From Planktothrix mougeotii LEGE 06226 (GTDB lineage: Bacteria > Cyanobacteriota > Cyanobacteriia > Cyanobacteriales > Microcoleaceae), in contig NZ_JADEWU010000005.1 in assembly GCF_015207485.1 (NCBI RefSeq), forward strand, positions 116,508 to 156,988: DNA of 40,481 nt. The letters are read 5' to 3'. Under the pieces are notes generated by a model, which was not told the DNA's origin, did no database searches, and saw nothing but the letters and a program-made list of their open reading frames with translations. Made by a program: the position numbers and the translations under genes. Below, piece after piece: positions 28,652 to 38,592 of this stretch (the first letter of the stretch is position 1; each line of letters begins with the position of its first letter).

Positions 28652-28705
28652 GAATGGTTTAACTCCTCACAGTTTAGTCTAATGAGTTCAACAGTATTTT
28701 TGACT

Positions 28706-29068
28706 TTAACGAGACATAATCACAATTCCAGCCACAATAAAGCTTAATCCTATCATTTGATTTAATCCAACACGCTCTCCTAAAAATAAGCTTCCCATCA
28801 ATGCAACTAAGCTAAAACCAATAGCAGCAAAGACAGGATAAGCAATGGAAACAGGTAAGCGATCTAAGGCTTTAGCAAAGACAATTAAGTTAATTCCATA
28901 GACTAGGATTGCTGCCATAAACCAAGGAGATAATAATAGAGTGAGTATACTGGGATCAGGAGCTTCTAGTCGAGACTTTTTGAGTAATAAATTGCCAATT
29001 CCTGTGTTCATAGCCGCAATTAAAACTAAACTCCATGAAATCCAATTAGCTGAGTTGATATTGTTCAC
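28706..29068 (-). CDS. Small 4-TM membrane protein (SMR/EamA-half or GtrA-like), putative polyprenyl-phospho-sugar flippase subunit
   Basis: It is 120 aa with four hydrophobic helices. It sits directly downstream of the UbiA gene, analogous to ArnE/F or to mycobacterial Rv3789 next to dprE1/E2. Confidence 0.55.
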   Translation of the reverse strand: MNNINSANWISWSLVLIAAMNTGIGNLLLKKSRLEAPDPSILTLLLSPWFMAAILVYGINLIVFAKALDRLPVSIAYPVFAAIGFSLVALMGSLFLGERVGLNQMIGLSFIVAGIVIMSR

Positions 29069-29161
29069 GATTTGTTATTAGAATAGGAGATTGAATTATT
29101 CTTAATCATCCTTAAAATGTTAGATGGCGCGTGCGCTGCGCTTACGCACCCTACCATTAAG

Positions 29162-30187
29162 TTAGGAGAGTTGTTTTAACACCCAAAGTAATTTTTCTTT
29201 GACGGGACGCCGATGGGCTGAACCTGCTTTTTCCGCTTGCAGTTGATTATAGTTCTTTTGAAACCAATCATAACTTTCTCGGAACATTTCATCATTAGAA
29301 TATTTAGGTTTCCAGCCCAGTTTTAGCAGAGGATCAACATCAAAATAAAATTCTTTGTGATAGGTTAAATAATGCCAAGGGGCGAGAGGACTTAACCCCA
29401 TCCAGTCTAACAGTTGTAAGGTTCCAATGGTTAATCCAGTGGGTAAACTTTTAACTTGAGACTCTGTTCCTGCATATTCAATTAAATGTTCTAACCCTTC
29501 TCGTAACGTGCCAAAGCGATCAGTTCCGACATTATAGATTCCAGGTTGACCTAAATCAAGGGCTAGAAGATAAGCATCCATTAAATCATGAGCATGAACA
29601 AACTGAAATTTAACGTTCCCACTCCCAATTACATAAACATTTTTTCCTTCTTGAATCCATTCAAATAATATCTGAAAAATTCCTAATCTTCCTTCGCCTA
29701 AAATTGTCCGAGGACGAATTACAATTAAGGGTAAACCCGCTTGATCACAAATTTCTCTAACTGCTAATTCTCCAGCTAATTTTGCTCGTCCATAAATCTC
29801 AACGGCTTTTGTCGGGGTATCATTTGTAATCGGACATTCAGCCTCGCCAAATAAAGCACTAGAACTCATGTGAATAAAACTTTTGACTCCGGCTTTTACC
29901 GCTTCTTCGGCGGCGATTTTGCTTCCTTCAACGTTGACTTCCCAGAATTTATTACCAGATTTTGTTAAGGGAACTAAAGCCACATTATGATGGACAATAT
30001 CAATATCTTTCATCGCTTTTGCAACCCCAGTGCGATCGCAAATATCACAGTTAATAAATTCAATTTCTGGGGGACGGGTCGGATCTTCCCAAATATCTAA
30101 AATTTTAACGTCTTCTCCCCGTTCATATAATCGACGGGCAATTAAATTTCCTAAAAACCCCGATCCTCCCGTAATTAAGTGCTTCAT
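29162..30187 (-). CDS. NAD-dependent epimerase/dehydratase (extended SDR)
   Basis: The N-terminal motif is MKHLITGGSGFLGNLIARRL (GxxGxxG). YxxxK context is present in the central region. Confidence 0.8.
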   Translation of the reverse strand: MKHLITGGSGFLGNLIARRLYERGEDVKILDIWEDPTRPPEIEFINCDICDRTGVAKAMKDIDIVHHNVALVPLTKSGNKFWEVNVEGSKIAAEEAVKAGVKSFIHMSSSALFGEAECPITNDTPTKAVEIYGRAKLAGELAVREICDQAGLPLIVIRPRTILGEGRLGIFQILFEWIQEGKNVYVIGSGNVKFQFVHAHDLMDAYLLALDLGQPGIYNVGTDRFGTLREGLEHLIEYAGTESQVKSLPTGLTIGTLQLLDWMGLSPLAPWHYLTYHKEFYFDVDPLLKLGWKPKYSNDEMFRESYDWFQKNYNQLQAEKAGSAHRRPVKEKLLWVLKQLS

Positions 30188-30239
30188 AAAGTTCTGTTTG
30201 TCCTCAACACCATTTGTTTTGTCGTATCATAAACGAAAT

Positions 30240-31886
30240 TTACCCATCCGTAAAGGTTAAACTTAGCTTGCGGTGTGGAACAGGTAAAAGTTGACCTTGA
30301 GAATAATAGAAAACTTGCTCAATGGGAATATTGTTTTTAATTTTAATTTGATAAGATTGATGAGTTTTAAAATCAAAATTTTCAATAGTAAATTTTTTTC
30401 GTTTAAACGTTTGTTCTAAAGGTAAACTAACATTCATAAAATAAATTCCTTCACCGACTAATTGAATTTGATAAGTATAGGGTTCAATTTCTGCAACTTT
30501 GAGTTGGTTTTCAGGACTCAGCAGATTGTGAAACGATGCAATATTCAAAAATTTTATCTTAATGTTATGAATAGAAAATAGTTGTGCTGCGTGATAAATA
30601 CCGTTTCTATAAATGTAAGCTCCTTTAAAATTATCGGGAACATTAATAATAAGTAATCCCGGTTGATTTCCCCTCTGATCATTAATGCTTTTAATCAACT
30701 GATGAGAAATTTGACTAGCTATCTGCCAATTTTTATTAGCGATATAGATATTCTTTATCAAAAATATTGAAAAAATTACTGCTAAAAAAATAATAGTATG
30801 TTTCTTTTTAACCAGAAAACTGATAATAAATACCAGTAGAATTACGAAAAAAACAGAGGGTAAATAAAGAATTCTTTCAGCTTGTGTATCCCCCAGTGAA
30901 ACTCTAATATTAATCACGGGAAACATTGAGATTAAAAAGGCATAAATTAGAAATAGTAATAACTTAGCTTGTTCTCGGTAAATCCCCCCTAACCGAAAAT
31001 ATTGAATCACAAAAATCGTAACTAAACTGATGAAGATGAGAAAACACCATTGCCATTGAACTTCTCCAGATTGAGGTAATGGAGGTATGATAATTCTAAG
31101 ACTACTAGCAAGTCCCCTGAGTATAATTGGGACAGAAAAATTAAGATGAGTTTGAGATCCATATCCACCTAATAATTGCTTTAATCCTAAATATCTCATT
31201 CCTAAATAAATTGGAAAAATAGAAGCCATTAATATTGGTAAAATCATCACCTTATAAAGCTGCTTTAGAGGTTTTTTATTTTGAAAAAATTGATAAATTT
31301 CATACCCTAAAATTAATCCAGGATAGATAATGACTGATTCTTTGGAAAGTAAAGCAAATATAAACCAGACATAAGAACTGAGTAGCCAGAACTTATTAGA
31401 GTTATGTTTGTAATATAAATAGCTATTGAAGGCGGCTAGAAAAAAACAAGTTGCTACTACATCGGAACGTGCAGAAATCCAAGTAACTGCTTCTACATGG
31501 CTGGGTAAAACTAGAAATAAAAAACCTGCAATTATAGAAATGGATTGGCTTGTTTTTTTAGATAAATGACTATGAACTAATAGCTGAGAGGAAATCAAAT
31601 AGACAAAAAAACAACAGATTCCATGAAAGATAATATTAGTGAGATGATAACCTACAGGATTTAAGCCCCAAATTTGATAATCTAAAAATAAAAGGATGGA
31701 AATTATCGGTCTAAAAAAAACATCGGGTGCAGTTGTCCATACTCCAAATATTCCTTGAGTTTGAATTTGATAAATCCAGGTAAAATCATCGGATAGAAAA
31801 AAAGAATTGATAATCGGAAAGTAAATAATAACACTCAGAACAATAGAAACAATTAAAATTCCTAGGAAGTAGCCTTTTTTAATCAT
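30240..31886 (-). CDS. Polytopic membrane protein, GT-C-type glycosyltransferase-like (polyprenyl-phosphate-sugar dependent), C-terminal soluble domain
   Basis: About 12 TM helices are predicted. An acidic motif (FLSDDFTW) sits in the first extracytoplasmic loop after TM1, as in the ArnT/PMT/Aft GT-C families. Its start overlaps the DUF218 gene stop. Confidence 0.5.
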   Translation of the reverse strand: MIKKGYFLGILIVSIVLSVIIYFPIINSFFLSDDFTWIYQIQTQGIFGVWTTAPDVFFRPIISILLFLDYQIWGLNPVGYHLTNIIFHGICCFFVYLISSQLLVHSHLSKKTSQSISIIAGFLFLVLPSHVEAVTWISARSDVVATCFFLAAFNSYLYYKHNSNKFWLLSSYVWFIFALLSKESVIIYPGLILGYEIYQFFQNKKPLKQLYKVMILPILMASIFPIYLGMRYLGLKQLLGGYGSQTHLNFSVPIILRGLASSLRIIIPPLPQSGEVQWQWCFLIFISLVTIFVIQYFRLGGIYREQAKLLLFLIYAFLISMFPVINIRVSLGDTQAERILYLPSVFFVILLVFIISFLVKKKHTIIFLAVIFSIFLIKNIYIANKNWQIASQISHQLIKSINDQRGNQPGLLIINVPDNFKGAYIYRNGIYHAAQLFSIHNIKIKFLNIASFHNLLSPENQLKVAEIEPYTYQIQLVGEGIYFMNVSLPLEQTFKRKKFTIENFDFKTHQSYQIKIKNNIPIEQVFYYSQGQLLPVPHRKLSLTFTDG

Positions 31887-32461
31887 GGTTTTAATAGATA
31901 GAGGTTTTTATAACAAATAATCCAGTGAAATACCTTAATTAAATCATAGACTAAAGCCATCGCTTCGTAAATCAAATTAGCAGGTAAATAATGATAATAA
32001 ATAAGACGTAGTGGCATCGTTCTATTTGCAAGTTCAGGATAAGAAGTAATAACTTCTTGGACGTTATAACCACACAGCTTAAACATTAACTGACTTCGTA
32101 AAGCATGGGGTTGATTACAATATAAAATCACTTCTCCTAAAGGCCATTGTTCCTGTTTTTCTAGCCATTTTCTTAATAATCTAGCATTATCAAACGTATC
32201 CAAATAGGGACGATCTTGAACATTTTCAGGAACAATAACTTGGAGTTCAGGACGATAATGTAAAAGATATTTTGCAGCACACTGTTCTTCTGATTCAGGA
32301 CAATCAAAGGAATTACCCGGAGAAATAAATACTTTTTCCTCAACAGGAACTTGCTTTAAAACTTGTTGTAAAACCGCTTCAAAATAATTTGATAAAAAGT
32401 AGTATTGAGCAAAATCTTCCCGATAAACTAATCCTTCTGTGACGACAATATGGCTAACCAT
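31883..32461 (-). CDS. DUF218 (YdcF/ElyC/SanA-like) envelope-biogenesis protein
   Basis: PYLDTFDNARLLRKWL matches the DUF218 S.NT.ENA motif. VILYCNQPHALRSQLMFKLCG matches the LVTS.YHM.RA motif. It is coupled to neighbours (overlaps at both ends). Confidence 0.55.
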   Translation of the reverse strand: MVSHIVVTEGLVYREDFAQYYFLSNYFEAVLQQVLKQVPVEEKVFISPGNSFDCPESEEQCAAKYLLHYRPELQVIVPENVQDRPYLDTFDNARLLRKWLEKQEQWPLGEVILYCNQPHALRSQLMFKLCGYNVQEVITSYPELANRTMPLRLIYYHYLPANLIYEAMALVYDLIKVFHWIICYKNLYLLKP

Positions 32462-32463
32462 GA

Positions 32464-33546
32464 TTAATCTAATCCTCCATAATTTTCAAAAATCCAGGTT
32501 AAGCTTCTTCGCATTCCTTCTTCTAAGGAAATTGTGGGATGATACCCTAATTCTCGTTGAGCTTTTGCGACCGAACAAGCAATGGTTTTATTCATTTCTG
32601 AGAGAACATGAATTTTTTGATGATAGAATCCTAGAGCTTGTAATGTTCCATCAACAACTAAAGCAACTTCACTGGCTAATCCCGATAATTTTAATCGTTT
32701 ATGAACACAATTCTGTTGAAATTCTGTTTCTAATAAGCGTTCAACGGTATCAATAATGTCATTCATGGAGTAGGGACATTCATCGGCTATCCAATAGGTT
32801 TGTCCGTTGGCTTTTTCTGTAATAGCAGCTAACAATAATCCCTGACAAAGATTATCAACATAAGCCATTGACCGGAGATTATTTCCATCCCCAACAATCG
32901 GCCCTTTTCCATCTCGAATCATTTTAAAAAATAGGGTTTGGCGTTGAGGTTGATGGGGGCCATAAAACCAAGGGGGACGAATCACAACGGTTTCAATTTC
33001 TCCCTGTTCTTGATAGTTTTTAACCGCTAATTCCATTAGCATTTTTGAACGTCCATAGTTCATATAAGGATGATAGGGAGAGATTTCATCGAATAAATGA
33101 TCAGGATGGGGATTACAACCACAGGGGGAATTTGAAGAGACAATAATTGCTCGTTTTACACCCCTACAAATGGCAGAATTTAATAGATTTTTTGTTCCTT
33201 CTACATTAATTTGATAAAATTCTGATACTTTTTGCGGGTGAATAATTCCAGCCGTATGAAATAAAATAGCATTTTCGGCATTTTCACAAAAGCGATCACA
33301 ATCTTGAGGGTGTCTTAAGTCTCCTTGATAAATTTCAATTTTATCCGATATTCTTTGCAATAGGGTTGCATCTTGTTCTGGTAAAATTAAACACCGAATT
33401 TTTAAGTTATTTTGAGGTTGATTCAGGGGTTCAAAATCGGGTAATCCTTTAACCAATGATTCGACTAAACGAATTCCTAACCACCCTAATGCACCTGTAA
33501 CTAAAATAAGGTTAGTTTTTAATTCCATAATTTTATTATTCCGCAT
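32464..33546 (-). CDS. NAD-dependent epimerase/dehydratase (extended SDR, UDP-sugar 4-epimerase/4,6-dehydratase-like)
   Basis: The N-terminal motif is ILVTGALGWLGIRLVESL. The catalytic region is YGRSKMLMELAV (YxxxK). Confidence 0.8.
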   Translation of the reverse strand: MRNNKIMELKTNLILVTGALGWLGIRLVESLVKGLPDFEPLNQPQNNLKIRCLILPEQDATLLQRISDKIEIYQGDLRHPQDCDRFCENAENAILFHTAGIIHPQKVSEFYQINVEGTKNLLNSAICRGVKRAIIVSSNSPCGCNPHPDHLFDEISPYHPYMNYGRSKMLMELAVKNYQEQGEIETVVIRPPWFYGPHQPQRQTLFFKMIRDGKGPIVGDGNNLRSMAYVDNLCQGLLLAAITEKANGQTYWIADECPYSMNDIIDTVERLLETEFQQNCVHKRLKLSGLASEVALVVDGTLQALGFYHQKIHVLSEMNKTIACSVAKAQRELGYHPTISLEEGMRRSLTWIFENYGGLD

Positions 33547-33668
33547 TAAGTAGGTAAACCAAATTAATTACACAAGACTTCATAATTGGTTATAATCCAT
33601 TGGAACAGCTTGTCCGGCGATGACATTTGTAAAACTCCTGAGTTAAGGGGTTAATTTAGTTCATTATC

Positions 33669-35126
33669 TTAAAGTTTATCTAAAAATTTTAACGCATTTC
33701 GACGAGCGATCGTCATAATTGAACCTTGAGGATTGACCCCTGGTGCGGTACAAAGTAAACTAGCATCCGCAATATATAAATTATTGAATCCATGAACTTG
33801 ACCAAAGGAATTAACAGCACATTTTTGTAAATTTTCTCCCATTGGACAGGAGGAAAAAACATGAACGGTCATTAAATTTGTTTGTTTGACAGGAAGTTTT
33901 TCTGCTATTGTACTTAAATCTTGAGGATGGGTCAAGGGAGAAGTATTAGAAATACTAGGATAGAGAATTTTTGCATCTGCTTCAAACAATAATAACGCTA
34001 ATTTTTGTAACGCTTCTGATAAATCTTTTAAATCTTGAGAAGTTAGTTTATAGCGAACAAAAGGATCACGATAAAAGGGAATATTTCTGACTGTACCCGA
34101 ACCTTCCCCAGTAATCATAGCATAATAAATTGCCATGTTTTGCCACTGTTTTTCAACGGTTTCTGTATATTGAGGATGGTCAGTCATTCCCACCGATAAA
34201 TAAGGCAGAGAACTAATCGAACATCCGAAACTAAATCGAGGTGAAAATTCTTTGACTTGATGAACAGGAACCCCCATATCTAAGGCGTTAATATTCTCAT
34301 TAAATTGAGCAATTATTTTAACTGTTGGGTGCATTCTTAATGAATTACCAATATTATTTTTAATTCCACTTCGTCTTAATAAGGCTGGAGTTTGAATCGC
34401 ACCACAACAAACAAATACGGTTTCGGCTTGAATTTTAATCGAATTTTCGGGGATATTATTCCCTTGACGAGTTCCTGTTAAAATCCAAGTTTTATCCGTT
34501 TGTTGAAGACTGTTAATCCGAGTGTTTGCTAAGAGTTTACAACCCGCTTTTAACGCTCTAGGAATAAAGGTTTTTGTCATGGATTGTCGAGTTCCTTTGG
34601 GAACAGAAGTTTCATCAGATTCTTCATGACGAAACCATCGAGGAACTTCTAAAGATTGCCAACCTAAACGTATTGCACCTTCGTGTAATTTTAAAGATGC
34701 TGTTGGAGCTTTCCCCGGTAAATAACAGACGTTAACCGCTTGTTCACAAGCTTCAAAATGAGGAATTAAATCAACTTCGGTTAAAGCGTCTACTTCAAAT
34801 TCTGTGCGCCATTGTTCTAAAATATCTGGGGGTGTACGATGATAAAGTCCGCTATTAATTTCACTTCCTCCCCCGACACATCGACCTTCCACATATTGAA
34901 TTTTGGGTTGACCAAAGGCTGCGGTTAACCCTCCATTTCGGTATTTTTGCACCATTTCTTCAACGGAAAAAGGTTGACAGGATTCTAAGGGTAAATCGTC
35001 GCCTTCTTCTATTAATAAAACATCCCGTCCTGCTTCAGCCAATAAACAGGCGGTAATCGCTCCTCCAGGGCCAGAACCAATGATGGCAATTTCAACTTTT
35101 AAATCAGATTTCGAGGGTTGAAGCAT
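33669..35126 (-). CDS. GMC-family FAD-dependent oxidoreductase
   Basis: The N-terminal FAD motif is VEIAIIGSGPGGAITACLLAEAGRDVLLIEEG. The C-terminus carries the GMC_oxred_C-like region (…NLYIADASLLCTAPGVNPQGSIMTIARR). Confidence 0.8.
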   Translation of the reverse strand: MLQPSKSDLKVEIAIIGSGPGGAITACLLAEAGRDVLLIEEGDDLPLESCQPFSVEEMVQKYRNGGLTAAFGQPKIQYVEGRCVGGGSEINSGLYHRTPPDILEQWRTEFEVDALTEVDLIPHFEACEQAVNVCYLPGKAPTASLKLHEGAIRLGWQSLEVPRWFRHEESDETSVPKGTRQSMTKTFIPRALKAGCKLLANTRINSLQQTDKTWILTGTRQGNNIPENSIKIQAETVFVCCGAIQTPALLRRSGIKNNIGNSLRMHPTVKIIAQFNENINALDMGVPVHQVKEFSPRFSFGCSISSLPYLSVGMTDHPQYTETVEKQWQNMAIYYAMITGEGSGTVRNIPFYRDPFVRYKLTSQDLKDLSEALQKLALLLFEADAKILYPSISNTSPLTHPQDLSTIAEKLPVKQTNLMTVHVFSSCPMGENLQKCAVNSFGQVHGFNNLYIADASLLCTAPGVNPQGSIMTIARRNALKFLDKL

Positions 35127-35146
35127 AGGATTAATAATAAGTCAGT

Positions 35147-35515
35147 TTATAAATGAATTGAATCAGATTGCCAATATAATACCACTAGACTTTCATAAAA
35201 TCGCATCACATCTCGACAAACTTGGAAGGGTGAATTTTTCCAAGCTTTAACTTGAAGTTGACGACTAGATGGAGACTGACAATGAAAAAAGGAACCTCGA
35301 CGAAGCAAACCCCAAAAATCAAAAATTAACGTTAATAAAAATAGGGGAAATTGTAAATAATCAGGCATTCGATTCTGTTCTTCTAAAACAAACTTAACAA
35401 CAGAATTATGGGGAAATTTTAGGGGAGTACAATCCGATGGAAAACGCTGATCAATTAAAGAATAACACAACGCAGAGACAGTATTTACAAAGAGTTGTTG
35501 AATCATAGTTGACAA
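35147..35515 (-). CDS. Hypothetical 122-aa protein downstream of the GMC oxidoreductase
   Basis: The ORF lies 21 bp after the GMC start, in the same orientation. No motif was recognised. One hydrophobic segment is present (FPLFLLTLIFDFWGLL). Confidence 0.3.
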   Translation of the reverse strand: MSTMIQQLFVNTVSALCYSLIDQRFPSDCTPLKFPHNSVVKFVLEEQNRMPDYLQFPLFLLTLIFDFWGLLRRGSFFHCQSPSSRQLQVKAWKNSPFQVCRDVMRFYESLVVLYWQSDSIHL

Positions 35516-35564
35516 TCCGGCTTACTTCCTTTAAAATCTGGCAATGTTTTTATGATAATCCCGA

Positions 35565-37367
35565 ATGAACCTACGTGCATCATCTATTTATGCTCAGATT
35601 CCTTTAATTATTTTATATCTAATCCCTCCCTTGGCAACGGCTTGGTTTATTCTTGATTATGGAGTGGATGTCCCTTATCATGATCAATGGATATTACCTA
35701 GTTTATTCGAGAATTTTAAAAGCGGAACTTTACAATTTATTGATTTATTTAATTTACATAATTATCATCGGTTAATCTTCCCGAAGTTGATTTTTTTAGG
35801 TCTAGGGTTAACTTCAAACTGGAATATTTATGCAGAGCTAATTTGTAGCTTTTCACTAGCAATTCTAACCTTTTTAGGCCTTTATCAACTCTCCCGACTT
35901 ACAAACCCTGAGCAACAAGATAACTTGTTTCATCTAACAAACCTGCTAACCAGTTTAGTCTTTTTTTCTTGGATTCAATATCAAAATTGGCTTTGGGGAT
36001 TTCAGGTTGCTATATTTTTAATTAATTTTTGTACTATTTCTGCTTGTTTAATATTATCTTACCCTAAGTTTTTATCAACTAAATGGCAATATATTGGCTC
36101 GGCTATTTTATGCGGAATTGCTAGTTTTTCTTCGGCTCAAGGTTTAGCATCTTGGTTGGCTTTAATTCCTTGTGTTTTAGGGTTAGAAGGAAGTTTGACT
36201 CAACGAAGAAAGCGTCTGTTGGTTTGGATTTTATTATTTTTAATTTCTGTATATCTTTATTTCCTCGGTTATCAACCCGATGAAGCATTAAAAAATGATG
36301 CGTTTAAAAATAATCCTGATTTAGCTCAAAATCCTAGTTTATTTTTAATTCATTTTCTATTTAATATTATTGCTTCTCCCTTAATCGGTTCCCTGCAATG
36401 GTCTTGGGTTTTGGGTTTGATCATCCTTTGGTATTTCTTTTATCTCCTCTATGAACTATTAATTAAAAATCATCATCTCTATTCTTTCACTTTTCCTTGG
36501 ATATCCATTGGGTTATTTGGCTTGCTTTCCAGTGTTCTAATTGCTAAGGGACGTTATTATTTAGGCGCCGACTATGGTATTCTACAAAGTTCTCGCTTTA
36601 CTACTCATACTTTACTATTATTGGTCGCTATCTTTCAACTGAGTTTGATTTGGGTGCGCTTCAAAATTTCTGCTTTAGAATTATTAAAAAATCAGGGAAT
36701 TAATACTGTCCTAACTTATGGTGTGTTAGTCGGTATTTTAGGGAGTTTAACAATATTGAGAGGAGAATATGCAGTCATTCAAGCAACGGATTTAAGTTTT
36801 TTCTTAAAGAGTGGTCAAACCTGTTTAACACTGATTGATTATCTGGAAGATTCTCCTTTTCTGAACACTTCAGTAGACAGTTGTTTAGTCAGAATTTATC
36901 CTGATGTTGCCTTTTTAAGACAGGAGGTAAAAAGACTAAAAACCTTACAATTAAGAACTTTTGCTGAAACAATTCCTTTTGTATCTGACCCTAATTTAAA
37001 ATATGGTTATCTTCATCCTTTACCCAATAATGAGCCTTTAGTCATTCGCCGTAAAATGCCAATGAGTTTAAGCGGGTGGGCAATTCTCCCAGATTCCCAA
37101 CAACAACCTAATCTTATTTTTCTGTCCTATAACAATCAAAAATCATTTTTTGCCAATGCTTATATTACAGTGGCTAGACCTGATATTGCTGAATTATTAA
37201 AATCGAAATCCTATACAAGAGCCGGATGGCAAGTTGTTTTTTCAGGAGAATCTCTTCCTGTAGGCGAGAACAAGATTAAAGCTTGGGTTTATGACCCAAA
37301 ACGTCAACAATTTATTCAATTAAACGGTGAAAATTCTGTGACGGTTAAACCAAAAAAGAAACCCTAA
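35565..37367 (+). CDS. Polytopic membrane protein (about 13 TM) with C-terminal soluble beta-rich domain, GT-C-like candidate
   Basis: It is a 600-aa hydrophobic protein. Acidic residues sit in the first loop (ILDYGVDVPYHDQW). The C-terminal approx. 130 aa are hydrophilic. It is divergent from the GMC/SDR genes. Confidence 0.5.
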   Translation: MNLRASSIYAQIPLIILYLIPPLATAWFILDYGVDVPYHDQWILPSLFENFKSGTLQFIDLFNLHNYHRLIFPKLIFLGLGLTSNWNIYAELICSFSLAILTFLGLYQLSRLTNPEQQDNLFHLTNLLTSLVFFSWIQYQNWLWGFQVAIFLINFCTISACLILSYPKFLSTKWQYIGSAILCGIASFSSAQGLASWLALIPCVLGLEGSLTQRRKRLLVWILLFLISVYLYFLGYQPDEALKNDAFKNNPDLAQNPSLFLIHFLFNIIASPLIGSLQWSWVLGLIILWYFFYLLYELLIKNHHLYSFTFPWISIGLFGLLSSVLIAKGRYYLGADYGILQSSRFTTHTLLLLVAIFQLSLIWVRFKISALELLKNQGINTVLTYGVLVGILGSLTILRGEYAVIQATDLSFFLKSGQTCLTLIDYLEDSPFLNTSVDSCLVRIYPDVAFLRQEVKRLKTLQLRTFAETIPFVSDPNLKYGYLHPLPNNEPLVIRRKMPMSLSGWAILPDSQQQPNLIFLSYNNQKSFFANAYITVARPDIAELLKSKSYTRAGWQVVFSGESLPVGENKIKAWVYDPKRQQFIQLNGENSVTVKPKKKP

Positions 37368-37407
37368 ACTGTTAAAATAGAATTAATTAGATCAATATTT
37401 AGCCGTT

Positions 37408-38499
37408 ATGAAACCAGAAAATGAAATTATTTTAATCGGAGGCGGTTTAATCGGATTATCCCTAGCCGTTGAGTTAAAATTACGAGGGGCAACGGTAACT
37501 GTTCTAAGTCGAAATCAACAGGAAGCGGCGGGTATCGTAGGGGCTGGAATGTTAGCCCCCCAAGCCGAACAAATTCCTCCTGGCCCCATGCTAGACTTAT
37601 GTTTACGCAGTCGCGCCCTCTATAACGACTGGACACGCAAACTGGAGGAACTCACGGGGTTAGAAACTGGATATTGGCCCTGTGGGATTTTAGCCCCCGT
37701 CTACGAACGTCCCGACTGTATCATCTTACCCCAAACCCCAGACACACCGAGTTACTGGCTTGAACGAGAAGCAATTTTACAGCAGCAACCGGGGTTAGGG
37801 GATGACGTTGTGGGAGGATGGTGGTTTCCCCAGGATGGTCAAGTCGATAACCGTCGGGGGTTAGTCAAAACCTTGTACAGGGCGGCTCAGGAATTAGGGG
37901 TTAAAATTATAGAAGAAATCACAGTCAAAACCTTAGTAACTTCCCCAGAAAAGGTAACAGAAATTATCACCAATCAAGGTAATTTTAACGCCGATCATTA
38001 TATTTTAACAACGGGAGCTTGGGCTGGAGACTTATTATCAATTCCCGTCTATCCCCGCAAAGGACAAATGTTATCTGTCCGAGTTCCTGATGGTTTTGAA
38101 TCCTTACCTTTGAAACAGGTTTTATTCGGTTCTAATATTTATATTGTCCCCCGTCGAGATGGTTTAATTGTGATTGGAGCGACATCAGAAGATGTGGGAT
38201 TTACCTGCGGTTTAACCCCCAATGGTATTGAAACCTTACTCTCAGGAGCGATGCGATTATATCCGATTTTAAAAGAGTTTCCCCTTCAAGAATTTTGGTG
38301 GGGATTTCGACCGGAAACGCCAGATTTATTACCCATATTAGGGCCGAGTTCTTGGGAAAATTTAACCTTAGCCGTTGGTCATTATCGCAATGGAATTTTA
38401 TTGGCTCCGGTTACGGCTGAATTAATTTCTAATTGGGTTTTAGACCAACAAGATGATCCTTTATTCGATTATTTTAGAAGCGATCGCTTTCAACCCTAA
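37408..38499 (+). CDS. thiO: Glycine oxidase ThiO (FAD-dependent, DAO family)
   Basis: The N-terminal motif is IILIGGGLIGLSLAVEL. The C-terminal AVGHYRNGILLAPVTAELISNWV matches ThiO (AAGHFRNGILLAPATGALISDLI in B. subtilis). YIVPRRDGLIVIGAT also matches. It stands alone and is not fused to ThiG. Confidence 0.75.
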   Translation: MKPENEIILIGGGLIGLSLAVELKLRGATVTVLSRNQQEAAGIVGAGMLAPQAEQIPPGPMLDLCLRSRALYNDWTRKLEELTGLETGYWPCGILAPVYERPDCIILPQTPDTPSYWLEREAILQQQPGLGDDVVGGWWFPQDGQVDNRRGLVKTLYRAAQELGVKIIEEITVKTLVTSPEKVTEIITNQGNFNADHYILTTGAWAGDLLSIPVYPRKGQMLSVRVPDGFESLPLKQVLFGSNIYIVPRRDGLIVIGATSEDVGFTCGLTPNGIETLLSGAMRLYPILKEFPLQEFWWGFRPETPDLLPILGPSSWENLTLAVGHYRNGILLAPVTAELISNWVLDQQDDPLFDYFRSDRFQP

Positions 38500-38550
38500 G
38501 AGCTAAAATTATCAGATATATAGAAAGCTGAAACCCTTTCACTTCTTACT

Positions 38551-38578
38551 GTTCCCTGTTCCCTGTTCCCTGTTCCCT
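38551..38578. repeat. Heptamer tandem repeat GTTCCCT x4 (STRR-like)
   Basis: I read it directly, just upstream of the 38593 start. Confidence 0.75.
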
Positions 38579-38592
38579 GCTATAAAATTTCT

